A DNA stretch of 64,000 nt from Camelus ferus (lineage: Eukaryota). This document shows positions 62,549 through 64,000 of this stretch, one piece after another (position 1 is the stretch's first letter; the number at the start of each line of letters is the position of its first letter). Where the stretch lies: assembly GCF_009834535.1 (NCBI RefSeq), contig NC_045698.1:12464001-12528000 (forward strand), given 5' to 3'. The notes below the pieces were generated by a model, which saw nothing but the letters and a program-made list of their open reading frames with translations, had not been told where the DNA came from and did no database searches. The position numbers and the translations under genes were made by a program.

Positions 62549-64000
62549 TTCGTGCTTCATATTAAGAAAAGTGGTTTACAGTGAAGAACATTTACAGCCC
62601 CTGTGCGAAGTGCAGTTTCACTTGGCAGGAAGAAAGGAGTGGGGAGAATCAGCTACACTCCAGCCTGACTTAATCCTCACGACTCCATGTGAGGCAAACA
62701 TATATCCTCTTCTGACAACATGAGACGCAAAAAAAATTAATTTTGCTAAGATTGGCATTACTAGGACAGGTAGAGCCTGGTGTGGGATTCAAAGCCTATT
62801 TCTGTGGCTTTGTTGTACCAGGGATGGCAAAGGGTGTATGCAGGTACCCCTCCCTCTGTGCACTCGTGCTGGACATGGGTACATGGACGAGGCCTCAGAA
62901 TCCTTCTCAACACAGTGCTCTAGGCAGTTGCCACCATTCAGTAGGCGTTAGCATGTGGCATTTTTCATTCTAGTGCTGTGTTATCATGCTTTTCCTCTGT
63001 GTGAAGCCTTTCCCATTTGGTTACCCAAATATGACAAGAATGAATAAAGGAAGAGAGAAGGATTTACTTAGTCCATGCAGTGTAATGAACTAGCCAATCT
63101 CGAGTAAATTAAAATAGAGTTATTCTGGGAAAGCCCATTTGATAGTGGCTCAAGAAAGAAGCCCTTCCTACCCTGTATGGAAGGGTTGACCTTCCTGCCA
63201 GTTGACAATCCTATTCTGCCATTGGTAGGGGATTCACCCGACTGAATCTTAACCACAGGGCAAGTTTTACTGGATGGATTAGAAGATACAGACTTTACCA
63301 GAAAGCAGATGTGGGAAGAATGCTTGGAATTTTCTAGGTTTCTGTATGGTGGACAGTGAGGATTGGGCAGTTAGTGGCAGGCATCATATGGAGTCTTTGA
63401 TGACTGCAAAAACCAAGGCTAATGAATTTTGGGGCCTTTCCAAGTAATAAAACAAGTAGTGATACTGAAGGGATTTTTTGAGGGGCATTCTCAGCAAATG
63501 TGGATGTGGGGATATCCTCACTTAACACTTGAGAGGGTTTTATTTTTTAAAGCAGTTTACAGCTTTTGAAAGTGCCCTGTCAGGTGATTCAGTCATTGCC
63601 TTTCTGTTTCAAACTTCAAGTCACGTCATGTTGTGTTAACGATGGCAATAAAGAATATTACCTCATTAATCCACAATGTAATTGAATATAATAATTCAAT
63701 CTGACTATACTCGATGAGCCACCAGCCCTACACTAACTGAAAGCTGGTAATGTTTATTATCTTTTATTAAAAATTTTCACCGGTAAATTATTTCCGGCAT
63801 AAAACCTGCAATGGGGGTTGCTGTAGAATTTTTTATCTTAAGTCTTTAATTCAAGCAACATCTACCGCCGAGCCCACGTCTGTGGTCTTTCGGTGCTCGC
63901 TTTCTGGTCAATAGCACCTTCCTCCATTCATTCCAGAAAACTGGGATCTTTCTGCTGACAAAGTTCTGTAAAGTCTATCTTGTAATTACCCCTCACATAC

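Larger units (their letters stand above)
51021..64000 (+). other. BASP1: BASP1 intron 1 (5' part); the coding exon lies beyond the window
   Basis: Starts at GT donor; no MGGKLSKKKK-coding sequence seen in the ORF track; BASP1 is known to have its whole CDS in a distant second exon. Confidence 0.8.

Noticed and set aside
1..64000. CRISPR arrays, operons, rRNA or other prokaryote-style systems
   Set aside because: The sequence is plainly mammalian; no regularly spaced repeat-spacer array or rRNA-like sequence was seen.

Overview
Mammalian genomic DNA, most likely a camelid judging by three tRNA-derived Vic-1-like SINEs. I find no intact protein-coding exon. The main landmarks are: (1) a full-length, disabled processed pseudogene of lysyl-tRNA synthetase KARS1 on the minus strand (~14383-16530), copied from the exon-2-containing mitochondrial-isoform mRNA and nested in a stack of older transposons; (2) a CpG island (~49.7-52.5 kb) holding the promoter and non-coding first exon of BASP1 (+ strand, donor at 51020/51021), so the rest of the window is BASP1 intron 1 and the upstream part is probably the territory of the divergent lncRNA BASP1-AS1; (3) many interspersed repeats (L1, L2, MIR, MLT1, an ERV1 solo LTR, MER DNA transposons) and microsatellites. 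The oddest local structure is a ~160 bp duplicated LTR fragment fused to a doubly truncated, internally deleted L1 (~20.7-22.3 kb). Gene and repeat names come from my recall of known sequences, not from a database search. I did not find convincing evidence of a wholly new biological system.
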